Shown: piece by piece, positions 22,680 through 38,363 of the stretch | Numbering within the stretch: the first letter of the stretch is position 1 | How the letters are laid out: every line of letters starts with the position of its first letter | NCBI GenBank assembly: GCA_964016885.1 | Contig: OZ024741.1 | Location: 347,634,001 to 347,698,000 of the forward strand | Reading direction: 5' to 3' | Length of the DNA: 64,000 nucleotides | DNA from: Eledone cirrhosa | Lineage: Eukaryota | The notes under the pieces: generated by a model | The model's database searches: none | What the model was told of the DNA's origin: nothing | What the model saw: only the letters and a program-made list of their open reading frames with translations | Made by a program: the position numbers and the translations under genes

Positions 22680-25600
22680 CTGTAACAGCGATCTCAGCAC
22701 CACCAACAAGACCAGTACCGCCAGAGATAGTGGTGCCGCTGAAAAAGGGACCACTTCTTTTGCATGTGTCACCCAAAATATCGAAACAGTGTTAGTCACA
22801 GAGGAGGAGATGGCAGTGGCAAGCGCCATGGTGACAAGAAATGCCAATAGAGTTTAGGGAGAGAGAAATGGTCAGGTATAGGCATGCAAATGCTTATTCA
22901 AACTGACCAGGAGTGTATCGACGCTATTCCCGATATCATAGACCTCGACGAAGGACTCTAATTCCCTATAAGCGTGGAAGGAAGACGTTCAAAATGTTAT
23001 CTCTGTGGGTCAATGGTCACTTCAGGGCCTTTTGCCCGCAGAAGACAGCGAAGAAGAAGGCCCCTCTCCTTCCAATACCTGGTCCGCTGCTACAAAGAGC
23101 AGGGCAGGCAACAAAAGCAGAAGCCCTTTCCACGGTGAGTAGGAGGGCAACGTACGTGGAATCCGTACCAAGGCCACGGACAACTAAAGCAGTAGCATCA
23201 GTGGCGGCAACACCAGTAGCTGCATTTGCAGTAGCTGCACCAGCAACAAAATCGCCGGAGAGGGCTCTACTAACACCACCAACATACGTGGAGCACATAC
23301 CCCTCCCAGGGGAGTCTGAGGCGGGAGTGAAGTGGCAAACGGTCTGCCACAAAAAAAAAGAAAAAAGAAAAAAACACATTAGCTTCACCCTCCAAAAGCG
23401 AAGGCACGCAAAGAGGGGTAAAACTGCAAAGAGACTTGCAGCAACTCTACCACCTTCACCATCACCATCACAAGCACCACCGCCAACAACAACCACACCA
23501 CCCACTACCAGCATCACCAAAAACACCAACAACGCAAACGCAAAAAAAACACACACACCCAACAGCAACAAAATCACCCGCCCCCAAAAAAGTAAACAGC
23601 CATAAACATGGCATATAAAGAACTCATACAACATATAAAACAACACACAGACATCACAGAAAAAAAAACTATTACACCCCGCCAACACTTAGAACTTTCC
23701 CGACAAACATATGCATCATTGAAATCAAAATAGAACAGTACAAACTTTTAAAACAAAAATTCCCCAACGCAGTTGGAAACTACAAGGGCCGGTTACCAAG
23801 AGGATATACACTGACATCCTCTTGGAAACAACCATGACCAGCCAAAGGGACGGTTCTATTGTCCCTTCACCACACGATCAAGGTTAGTGACCCTTTCTCA
23901 CTTGCCCCGTTTCTCATCCAACATGGCCGTACTTAGAATAGGCAGTATAAATACACGTGGCATGGGGTCATCTTGGAAGCAGGGTCACCTGCTCAACGAC
24001 CTCAGGTCACTAAACATAGATGTGTTGGCCATCAGCGAGACCCGAATCTCCGAAGCACGAGCCTTCGCACCGATCTTCGGCGACTACAATGTATACGCAT
24101 CTCCCAGCCGTCCAGGATCGGGTGGTGCGCTTGCCGTCCTTTTTCGGAGAGGCTTGTAACTCGCCATACGGGCCATCTTCCTGGACCCAGAAGGTAAGTC
24201 AGTGGTGCTTGGCGTGACCGGTAGCGAAGGCAATGCTTTCAGTCTAGTAGCCGTCTACGCCCCAACTGGCGCAGCACGGCCAGATTTCTTCAGACATCTA
24301 CAGAACTTTCTTGGAACGTCCCGCTCTTTAGTGTTAGTGGGCGACTGGAAAGATATCTTGGATGCACGCTGGGATTATGTGGGGCTAGTGGATAGGGAAG
24401 GAGCGTGCTAGAACCTCACTAACCTGCTCAGACGTTTTGAACTGTCTGACAGGTATTGACTGGATCACCCAAATGTGCCAATGTGGACATGGACAAACCG
24501 CATCGGGTCATCCAGATCGTATCTCGATAGGGTATTCTGCAGAGAACTAGATAAGGCTAGTATAAGTTGTCCACAATTTAAAATAGTCGACTATACAGAC
24601 CACCAATTTGTGATCTGTGAGATCGACATAGACAGACTTTATAGACAAGGACCCGGTTAGTGGAAGCTGAACGCGTCATTCCCGGTGAGCAAAGCCTACA
24701 GAGACCGGATAAGCGTATTAGTTAAGCGGGACTTGACGGGAGCGGTCGTCAACAACAGGTGGTGGATCGCCCTGAAAAGGGCAATTAAAGTAGAATCGAT
24801 TAGGTTTAGCAAAGGACTAGTGATTGAGGAAAATAGAGTAGAGTGAAAGCTAGTCAGAAAGCTAGAAGAGGCGTTTAGGATAGGCATCGCAACCGACGTG
24901 CTTGCGGCGAGATTCTTCAACACAAAATACGAAGGCTGCGTTGTCAGAGCTATAGCGCGTGCTCTGAAACACGAGGGGGCGAAAGCCGTCCAATGGGCCA
25001 GGGTGGAGAAGCCGCGACGCGGCAACAAAGCCAAAATTCGGTCTTTGTCTGATCAAAACGGGCGCGTGTTGCTCGAATCCGAGGAGATGTGTGAAGCTTT
25101 TCAGCAGCATTTTGCTGAATTGTTCAGAAGCAGCGGCGTGCCGGATCGGTGTATATACTTCAGTGCATACCTCGACGGACTGCCACGGCTCTCGATGACC
25201 GCAGCACAGTGTTGCGAAAAGCCAATAACAGCCGGTGAGATACGGGAAGCGATGGCTAACAGTACGAGGGGTAAATCGCCAGGTTTGGATGGTCTGCCCT
25301 ACGAGCTTTATACATTTATGCCAGACTTGTTAGGTGACCTCTTGGCAGACGTCTATTGCAACTGGCAGCAGAACGGGAGCATCCACAGTTTGTGAGCCGG
25401 GGAGCTGTGGCGTGGTGGAGAAAAGATCCGAACAAGGGGGATGTTATCGATAACTTCAGGCCCATGACCCTGCTAAACGCAGAGTTCAAGATTTTGGCCA
25501 AGGTGTTAGCAACCTGGTTGGCACTTATCGTCGAGGGTCTGGTACAGATAGGCGCATACATGCGCTATTCCGGACACATCCATATACGAGAAGCTCCACT

Positions 25601-25735
25601 TCATGCTATACATCGTAGTGAGGGTGGCTAAGGAAACTGGCATGGGTGTGGCCCTGATCAACTTGGATCCATTCAAAGCATTCGATAGGGTCGACCATCG
25701 GTACCTGGCGGCGGTCCTCGGGGCAGCTGGTTCCT
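22680..25735 (+). mobile_element. Tx1/L1-type LINE copy E, truncated at both ends (ORF1 part, EN, linker, RT N-terminus)
   Basis: MAVLRIGSINTRG at 23923; SRSYLDRVF, YTDH, KSPGLDGLPYE, FRPMTLLN and KAFDRVDH motifs. Confidence 0.9.
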
Positions 25736-26332
25736 AGGTTGATTTGTATCTCTTAATAGCGTTATGGGATGATGCATTTTCTATAAGCGTGTTCATTAAT
25801 ACTATAAGCAATTGACTGAATGTGCTGTCATTAAAACTACACGTAAGAGATGTTAATGCAGTCAAAAATAACATGCATTGCACATTACAAATGTAAGAAA
25901 CGTAAACTTACTAACGTATTACCTTAACCTCGGTACAATATATTTCCGTACCAAGTCATTCCCAGATATTACTCTCGGAAAGGAAAAGCATCTTAAAATA
26001 AATTATTGCTCCTAGGTTAGAGTGAGTGCCCTAATTGTTAGATGGGAGCCCATTTCATGAACGGCATTCATATATTTCAAATCACACATTTGCTTTTTGA
26101 ATTGAAGTATTTATCAACCAATTAACAATGCACCGCATTAAACAATTATACATTTATTGATAATTCCTTACTATGTACTTCGTGAGAAAACTGTTTTAAT
26201 ATAATGACTATTAATATTTTTCTATCACTCATCTCCGTCACCAATAATGTTTGATGTAGCCGTAGGCTCTGGCGAATGAGACACCGTTTATAGGACAAAC
26301 GTTGCTATCTAATTGAACCTTATACATGCACT

Positions 26333-26334
<2 letters not shown>

Positions 26335-26368
<34 letters not shown>

Positions 26369-26541
26369 CACACATACGCACACATTCACACAGATAGAGG
26401 CATACACACACGCACACACACACACATACACACATACACACACAGTCACACATATATATACACATACACACACACACGCACACACATACATATGCACACA
26501 TTCACACACAATCACACACATACACACACATACATGCACAC

Positions 26542-26589
<48 letters not shown>

Positions 26590-26590
26590 T
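26335..26590. repeat. Imperfect (CA)n/(TA)n microsatellite
   Basis: Directly visible. Representative of many such tracts, e.g. 29822-29931, 39702-39870, 43620-43910 and 47028-47205. Confidence 0.95.
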
Positions 26591-27676
26591 ATGGTTATAC
26601 TCGGGGAGGGTCATATTGTTGTAGTAATATTGCCAGAATTAATAACAGAACACACTCACTGTTTGGTTGGTTTTCGCTTCTGTATCTTTTATATCAGTTA
26701 ATTCATTCGGTCCTCAATGTTTACCATTGACTGACCAACGGTCAAAAATACAAATATAATATAGATATAAACACATATATATAGTCTAACAAAGTTCTTT
26801 TCTTGCACATCTGCAACATCGTCAGTGGTGCTATTATGTTCCTCCTATTGTATATATGTATATATATAAAAAGAGTTACGACCTCGATGGCCGTTTCCAC
26901 ACCTAGATGCGAACTACGCCAGCAGTATTAGGTCGGCGGGGACCTAGCTGAGCTTATCAAGGGCTACAGTCCATATATGGGTATGCAGTAAAACAAAAAA
27001 GCAGATATATCAAATCAAACAACCCACCAATTTTTTTGTTTTCTTGTCCGTCACTGAGAGTTGTCAATGATTTTGGGATGCCATGTACATGGTTAAATTC
27101 CTTCATAGTGGTGGGAGAAGGGTGTGGCTGAACTGGTCTGTAGAACAAAGGGGAGGGAGTACGATGACCGTCTGACCTGTACACATATGTTGGTAGATGT
27201 ACTAATTCTCTATATTTATCTCCAAATTATTTGTTGAGCAAAACTTGCCAAAATTTACTCCTGATTCATGGTAGTAGTAGGCTCTTGTCATAATACCACC
27301 CCGCTCCTAACTGATTAACCTCAGTGTCACGTGATTGATTCTTTAGATTCTGCCACTGACCAGAGGCAGTGAATTTTTTCAGTGCTCTGGAATTTAGTCC
27401 CCGCTAGCTTTATTCCATCCACTGAATTATTATTTTTATATGGGTTCCTAGTGTCAACGCATCGCCTGGCAACATAGCTGAGAATAGACTACCGATTGAC
27501 GTAAGGAATTCTCTATAGTTATATTACGTAACTATATTTATCCCCTTACAGAAAGTGATTAGTTGGAGTGAAAATTTGAGTAAGTTGATTTTTAATTTTT
27601 TAATTTTTTAAAATTTTCTTATTTTACGTCTTTCATATATATATATATATATGTACTTATATATATAAATGTACTC

Positions 27677-27725
<49 letters not shown>

Positions 27726-27796
27726 TATATATATATTTATATAAATATATATATATATAGTTAAAAGAATAGAGGTGTAACACACAAGTTATTATA

Positions 27797-30558
<2,762 letters not shown>

Positions 30559-30831
30559 AATAAAAGGATTGGCTGTGTAGTTGGTTGTTAAGGTAGCTTA
30601 AAATGGAGTGAGAATAAGAAGAAAGCAAGGACAGGGGAGAATTTTCCTCATCAGTTGCCTACTGGGGTCTCGGATATTTCTACGCTTTAAAGACAATACA
30701 TCTACGGCCCTAAGCGTTCAATAACTGGGTGAGTTATTGGGAAAACGGAGGTGGAAGGGAAGGAAAATAGAAGGGAAAAAGGGAAGAAAAGAGAAAACAG
30801 CGAAAAAACATTCACTTTTTTTTGGAAACTC

Positions 30832-31065
30832 TGCTTCGTAGAATCGAGACGTATCTGACGACCATTTGATTTCAGAGTCAGGTTCGATCATTACATCGAT
30901 CGTGCCTCGAGCTGTTCTCCAGAGAAATGATTGTAATATGTCTAATACATTTTATTCGTCGCAACACTGATTCTCCGTGTCTTATGTGACATTATACTCT
31001 GCTCTGTAAGAGCATCTAGTACTCAAACGGCCTACCTCTTACGGACGCTTTAAGCATCCCACACC

Positions 31066-31068
<3 letters not shown>
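30832..31068 (+). repeat. Short (TA)n-associated repeat family F2 with an HHR-like motif
   Basis: Homologous to 52115-52270, 36540-36728 and (inverted) 36290-36395. Confidence 0.75.
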
Positions 31069-31148
<80 letters not shown>

Positions 31149-31152
<4 letters not shown>

Positions 31153-33567
31153 CGTAGTTTAGAAAGCCACAACAATGCAGAGGGAAATCTCGAGGTAGGA
31201 AGTGAATGATAGATGGGAGAAAGTGAAAATTGAGAGAGACAAAGATGAAAACAAAACAAAGGTAGAAGGGTTACCGTAGTGGACATTTAATCCCAATATT
31301 TCGGGCTCACGCCCATCAATGGGGGAAAGTTCCAAAAGGGGGGGAACAGGCTAAGCGGAGAAAGTTGAGCTGTCGTTAAAACAGGAATGCCGTTATGGGG
31401 AGAAAAATTATTTAATATTTAAATGAGGGAAAGAATGCGCGTGCGCGTGATAGGCTGTGGCAAAAGCTACTGACCAAATGGGTTAAATCAAGAGGGTGCG
31501 CTAGCGTGTGAAAGCCGTAAAATATGTGTGTGTAAATATATATGTGTGTGTAACTGTGTGTGTATATGTGTAAGTGTGTATATGTGTGAGTGTGTGTGTG
31601 TGTGAAAGATAGTGGGCTGTAGAAGCTGGAAATCAAAGGGTGTGAAAGGTGGTAGGTTGTAAAACATGTGTGCGTGTATAAATATAGATGTGTGTGTGTA
31701 AGCGTATGGGTATACATGTGTGTGTAACTGTGTGTGTATATGTGTGAGTGCGTGTGTGTGTGAAAGATAGTGGGCTGTAGAAGCTGGAAATCAAAGGGTG
31801 TGAAAGGTGGTAGGTTGTAAAACATGTGTGCGTGTATAAATATAGATGTGTGTGTGTAAGCGTATGGGTATACATGTGTGTGTAACTGTGTGTGTATATG
31901 TGTGAGTGCGTGTGTGTGTGAAAGATAGTGGGCTGTAGAAGCTGGAAATCAAAGGGTGTGAAAGGTGGTAGGTTGTAAAAACATGTGTGCGTGTATAAAT
32001 ATAGATGTGTGTGTGTGTATGGGTATGCATATACGTGCGTGTGTGTGAAAATAGCAGGCCGTAAGGGCTGTGAATGGTCACTATGGTTAAGTTAGCCATG
32101 TCAACTCATTTCTCTCAGCCCGGTTGTTAAGTGGGGTCTGAGGTTCTTAATAACAAGTGCTTCCTTTATCCTTAAGGATCCGATGCTGCGTTCAGTCGCT
32201 AGGACTGTGATCAAGGGTCTACCCTGTGGGTTTCCGCATTTAAGGATGTGTTTACGGAAGGAAGATGCGTTGGTGTTGATATGTTCCTTGATACGAACAT
32301 GTAGGGGTCGGATGGTGCTACCTATGTAAAATTTGTTACATTTATCGCATTGAATCTTATACACGACATAGATGCGTAGGCAATCTGCCCCCCGTATCGG
32401 GCAGTTGCTGAGGGAACACGTCCCATCTGACTCGTCAGGTTTGTTGGAGAGGCATTTTCGCAGCGAAGGTCCTGTGTGGGCCAAATGTATGTCAAGTCCC
32501 TCCGTCCGTATGGCCCTGCGGATGGCGTTCGTGGTATATTCACTCAGGTGGGGGATTTTAAAGAAGCACCTGCTTTTATTTAAGTTTCTAGTGGGAGTCT
32601 GTCTATTGGGTCTGGGGTCTCTAATTCCGTTAATCAGTCGCTTGGGATATCCATTAGACCTGAGTAGATTACGGAATTGCGTGGTATGGGTGAGACCACC
32701 CATCGGGTCGCTGCATCTGTTAGTGATCCGTGTCAGTTCATCAAAAAAAAAAAAAAAAAAAAAATGAGCTGACATGGCTAACTTAACCATAGTGACCATT
32801 CACAGCCCTTACGGCCTGCTATTTTCACACACATGCACGTATATGCATACCCATACGCATACACACACACATCTATATTTATACACGCACACATGTTTTT
32901 ACAACCTATCACCTTTCACACCCTTTGATTTCCAGCTTCTACAGCCCACTATCTTTCACACACACACACACTCACACATATACACACACTGTTACACACA
33001 CATGTATGCCCATACGCTTACACACACACATCTATATTTATACACGCACACATGTTTTACAACCTACCACCTTTCACACCCTTTGATTTCCAGCTTCTAC
33101 AGCCCACTATCTTTCACACACACACACACTCACACATATACACACTTACACATATACACACACAGTTACACACACATATATATTTACACACACATATTTT
33201 ACGGCTTTCACACGCTAGCGCACCCTCTTGATTTAACCCATTTGGTCAGTAGCTTTTGCCACAGCCTATCACGCGCACGCGCATTCTTTCCCTCATTTAA
33301 ATTTTAAATATTTTTTCTCCCCATAACGGCATTCCTGTTTTAACGACATCACAACTTTCTCCGCTTAGCCTGCCCCCCCCCCCCTTTTAGAACTTTCCCC
33401 CGTTGATGGGCGTGAGCCCGAAATATTGGGATTAAATCTCCACTACGTTAACCCTTCTACCTTTGTTTTGTTTTCATCTTTGTCTCTCTCAATTTTCACT
33501 TTCTCCCATTCACTTCCTACCTCGAGATTTCCCTCAGCATTGTTGTGGCTTTCTAAACTACGTATTT
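31149..33567 (-). mobile_element. Penelope-like element: GIY-YIG ORF fragment between long inverted pLTR arms
   Basis: ORF 32101-32740 has VVYKIQCDKCNKFYIGST and IKEH motifs. Arms 31149-32110 and 32761-33567 are inverted, with a poly-A at the junction. Confidence 0.9.
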
Positions 33568-33606
33568 TACACACTTCACAATGCTTCAAGCAAACTTTAA
33601 CACCCT

Positions 33607-33694
<88 letters not shown>

Positions 33695-34429
33695 AATATA
33701 ATTATATATGTGTATATATCTATATATTAGTTGTGTATCATCTACGCATAAGTGTCAGTTATTTCAAACATCGAGATGATTGCAATACTGCACAAATTGA
33801 AAAAAAAAACATGATATATATTTTCGCAATCTGTCACTGTCCATGAAAGTACTGCAATATATTACTTGTTCTTTTAACTTGCATCATTGATACGAGTGTG
33901 TAGCTATTTATAATAACAATTTCAGAATTGAAAATTAGAGTGCAAAAATTGTACTCTAATTTGACAATAAATTCTGGTTAAATGATATTTGTAATCAAAC
34001 GAAGACACAATACATTTCCTCTGTACTATATTTGGGCAATGATTCAAAGAGACATGAATGGTAATTGTAAACTTAACACGGACATTTTAGTTTTCCAAAA
34101 GTGTGCATTCGTGGTTTCCAAACATATATTTCGTTTGAATAGTTAAAGTTTACACATTTCAATGAGCCTACCACCCTGTAATGCTTCGCATTGTTGCTTG
34201 TGTGCCATTCCGAGATATATTTCTGTTAAAAATCACCGAATTGCCGAATCATCCCCGAATCAAATCTATTTTCTATTCGTATGCCGTACCATGTTATCTT
34301 ATATAACTCATTTTGCAATCAACTCCTCAGGAAATCAGCTAAATCTTGTATTATGATGTACTACACAAACTTGAATGGCCATTCTACCTATTTGTAAACC
34401 ACACTACATTAATGGTATATATATATTAT

Positions 34430-35943
34430 ATTAAGTGGTTTAACTCCTTCAAATCCCAAAAAAGCGAAGTTCACACAGTTTGACATTGATGATCTTTACC
34501 CGTCGATGTCAGAGACCCTGTTAAACAAAGGGTTGGTCTTTGCTACCACTTACACTATCGTTAATGGTTTAGACAGGGAAATCATCGATCACTGCCGGAA
34601 AACCCTCCTCTTCAAGAATGGAGTAGCCTGGGCAAATAAGTCAACAACTTTAGACCTATTCGACGTTTCCATGGGATCGTTTGACAGTGCTGACGTATGC
34701 GACTTGGTTGGCCTATTTATTTTAGACATATTACGTGTTAGATTCCCGGACTTCAACACGGGAATATACCGCGACGATGGACTGACCTTATCGAGCCACA
34801 AAAGTGGTCACGACCTCGACTGGTTTAAAAAAGACTTAGCTTCTGCCTTCCCTCCCACTGTTTTTAGAAACTTCGTAAATAATATCAGTACTAGAATCTC
34901 AAACCTCTCATCTAATAAGGCTATTTTGACAGAGCGGCACCCTACTATAACACGGCGTTAGCTAACAGTGGCTTCTCGCAACCTATCACTTACTCTCCCA
35001 CTAACAACAACAGCAATAAGAAAAGAAAGCGTAACAATAGACAAACTATCTGGTTCTCTCCTCCCTTCTCACTCAACGTTAAAACCAATATAGGCAAAAC
35101 ATGTCTAGCCCTCTTAGATAGTCACTTTCCCATAAGCCATAAATGCCGTTCCATCTTTAACCGACACAAAGTAAAACTAAGATACTCCTGCGCTAAGAAC
35201 ATGAAAGCCCACATCACCAACAGCCCTACGAGCAACACCCCACCGGGGTGCTCTTGCCGTAAGCCTGAAGCTTGTCACCTTCAATTCCCTTCAACAGCAA
35301 TGCAACACATCCGCTGTAGTTTATGAAGCTGTGGTCACTTCCAACCGACCTAATCAACCAGAGAAGGTCAAATCCTATGTGGGTATGACGGAGGGCCCAT
35401 TTAAGGAACGCTTCCTGAACCACCAGTCGACCTTTAGGTACCCGTACAGACGTTCATCCACGAAACCCGCGAGCCACGTATGGTCTCTCAAGGACTCAAG
35501 TATAGACTACTCCATTCAACGGAAAGCCATCACTAAGTCCAAGTCATACGCAAGGGGCAATCTGTCGTGTGGACTATGTATTGATGAACGAATAAATATT
35601 CTAAAGAGATTATGCAATAGTGATTGCATAAACACGAGAAATGAATTTTTCACACGCTGTCCACACGTCTCGAAACACCTCTTACATAACTACAAAGCTG
35701 CGGATTGAATTACAACAACACCCTAATTTTCTTATCAACTAGAAACTTTCGGACTTTCGCAGTTATCTCCCTTACACCTCTCGCACGCAATTTAGTATTG
35801 CCTGTGTAAAGTGATCGTTTCTGCGCATGCGCGTTCGTACGGTTGTCCTTCCTGTTCCGTATAACCATGTCCATTAGGAGCTGAGGATCCGCTAAGGTGA
35901 AACAATTGTTTCACGGTATGGTGAACTAACTGTTGTGTAACCA

Positions 35944-35947
<4 letters not shown>
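34430..35947 (+). mobile_element. Naiad-like Penelope element, truncated, with an internal deletion at about 34838
   Basis: QFDIDDLYPS, FDVSMGSFDSADVCDLVGLFIL and GIYRDDGL RT motifs; CSCRKPEAC linker; YVGMTE and CGLC..E..N..E..CPH C-terminus; ends in (TA)n. Confidence 0.85.
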
Positions 35948-36016
<69 letters not shown>

Positions 36017-36018
<2 letters not shown>

Positions 36019-36125
36019 CGGAGGAAGTGTGGTAAGGACACAGATGGACCACAACGGACCAGAATACTCAATACTTAGTGTCGAAACGGCTTGAGCTCTG
36101 CCGTCGGTATCTTGAACATTTCCTA
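36017..36125. repeat. Short repeat family F1, deleted copy
   Basis: AACGGAGGAAGTGTGGTAAGG ... GTCGAAACGGCTTGAGCTC ... TTTCCTA, between (TA)n tracts. Confidence 0.75.
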
Positions 36126-36126
36126 C

Positions 36127-36168
<42 letters not shown>

Positions 36169-36169
36169 C

Positions 36170-36405
36170 TAATGGTAGCTAAGAGGCTTCCATAGGTGGT
36201 ATGCTGGTTGAGCACTTTATGGTCCTAAGGAGCAGAGTATGATAGAATGGAAAACGAAAAATCAGTGATGCATCGGAACTCAATTTATTGTGTGTTACAA
36301 ATATTTCCCCGCCGAACAGCTCGAGGTGCGATCCATGTGTGGATCTACCTGACTCTAGATTCGCAAGTTCCTCGGACACGTCTGTTGATTTCGGAGCATA
36401 TCCTA
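36170..36405 (-). repeat. Family F2 divergent copy
   Basis: Reverse complement aligns to 52120-52250. Confidence 0.65.
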
Positions 36406-36424
36406 TTTTATATATATATATATA

Positions 36425-36723
36425 TATCACAGAAAAAAAGAGAATCAGTGTTGCGACGAAAGGAATTCATTGGACATATTACAATTGTTTCTCGAGCGAC
36501 CAGTTCGAGGGACGATCGATATGGTGTTCAAACCTGCACGCGATTCCAGTGTCAGGTTTGATCACCATATCGATCGTGCCTGGAGCTGGTCGCTCGAGAA
36601 ACAATTGTAATATGTCCAATAAATTCCTTTCGTCGCAACACTGAATCTCTTTTTTCTGTGATATCATACTCTGCCCTACTAGGGCATTGAGTGCTCATAC
36701 AGACGCTTTAAGAATCCAACACC

Positions 36724-36728
<5 letters not shown>
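36425..36728. repeat. Family F2 fold-back copy: approximately 110-bp-arm palindrome plus tail
   Basis: About 36425-36536 is inverted at about 36553-36663. Confidence 0.9.
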
Positions 36729-36764
<36 letters not shown>

Positions 36765-36767
<3 letters not shown>

Positions 36768-37640
36768 GGATATTTAGTAAAATCGAATCTCTGGCGGTTT
36801 GCAAACAAATTCGGCCTAGTATATGAAATAATGAGTTAGCAAAGCACTCGATAAGGTTGGTCCTTAAAGTAATAACATACGTTTAAATAGCTTGACAAAT
36901 CGAACATTGTGGTAGGCAAAATCTAACACACAATATTCCAAAATAACCAAAGAATTAACAGTTTGAGAAAAATACACCTGGACAAATCAAACGTTATACG
37001 TGTAAAGTGTTTCTATGAATACGAAATCAAATATCAGACTTACGTGACTGGCAAGCTTGTGGTATTCATGATCAAACAGAGGATTCAGTTCATCAACAGG
37101 TTTTCGTTCTACCAAGGACGGGGCGAAAAGGCTAAATGTTGCCGCTAATCTGCAGCGTATCGTATATTTAGCTGTCACGTGTTATTTCCAGCAAGGGAAA
37201 TAACCCCCGGTTTTTGGCGGGTCATTCAAAATGTTAAACAAAGGAAATATTTTAATTTCCGCTAATCATCAGAATAAGCTCTCGACCAGATGTTATTAAA
37301 CAAAAACAAATAATTAACCAATCAACAGAATTGTCTAATTAAATTAATTAGTTAATTATTAAATCTAGGAGAATAATATAAGTGGATATTTAGTAAAATC
37401 GAATCTCTGGCGGTTTGCAAGCAAATTCGGTCTACTATATGAAATAATGAGTTAGCAAAGCACTCGATAAGGTAGGTCCTTAGAGTAATAACATACGTTT
37501 AAATAGCTTGACAAATCGAATATTGTGGTAGGCAAAATCTAACACACAATATACCAAAGTAACGAAAGAACTAACAGGTTGATAAAAATACACCTGGACA
37601 AATCAAACGTTATGCGTTTAAAGTGTTTCTTTGAATCCGA
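36765..37640. repeat. Partial tandem duplication (period about 617 bp)
   Basis: 36768-37020 recurs at 37384-37637; bounded by (TA)n. Confidence 0.85.
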
Positions 37641-38325
37641 TATATATATATACTTGAATAATACGTACATATATATTTTTTTTTAATATCCAGTTCAGTT
37701 CTTAACACGAGGTTTGGATTCCTAACAGGGTTCAATGACCTGCGTGTATATTATTTTATATTTTACGATAACCTCCCCTTCCCATTTGGGGACAGTGTGA
37801 GATTTTTTTAAAGGATTGCTGGACTTTCAAACTTAGCGGTTCTACTAGCACTGATGGTGACTATCGCTAAATATTAATATCGATGCAGTTTTTTATATTT
37901 ATATTGCTTGGGCATTCCACTGAAGAGTTATACGAGCCCACTTGCACGGGAATCTGTGGATCATATGCAAGCTTCTTCATTGTTCTCCCACTTTGTAGAA
38001 ATCTAATAATGAAAGGATCGTATGGAAAGTGAGATTTATTTAATTATGTCTCATATAAAATAATACAGCCGACTATGCACACAATACAATATAGTTAGCA
38101 CCCCAAACGTATAATTGGGAATATACTTAGGTATTTCCTAATGTTTGTTGAGTGAGATGGAAGTTGGTCGGAATATCGCTAATAGCTTTCTCTGTTAATG
38201 TATTAACTATATATATATATATATATATAGTTATATTTGGGGCGGATAATATATATATATATGTGCGTGCGTGTATGTGTGTGTGTGGTGATTGCGATGG
38301 GTGATTGCCTCCGATTGAACCCGGG

Positions 38326-38363
<38 letters not shown>

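Noticed and set aside
126-23688. Long hydrophobic ORFs antisense to ORF1 (e.g. 338-1081, 6641-7240, 23017-23688)
   Set aside because: They are the stop-poor reverse complement of ACA/CCA-rich low-complexity coding sequence and are not conserved between copies.
26957-27300. Possible host exon or PLE fragment
   Set aside because: No recognisable domain and no convincing splice sites.
30644-30655. CTGATGA-G-GAAA on the minus strand; similar weak hit at about 50076
   Set aside because: No stem II can form, so these are not counted as hammerheads.
31604-31985. Regularly spaced repeats resembling a CRISPR array
   Set aside because: The spacers are also identical, so this is a 158-bp tandem unit in a eukaryotic PLE UTR; no cas genes are present.
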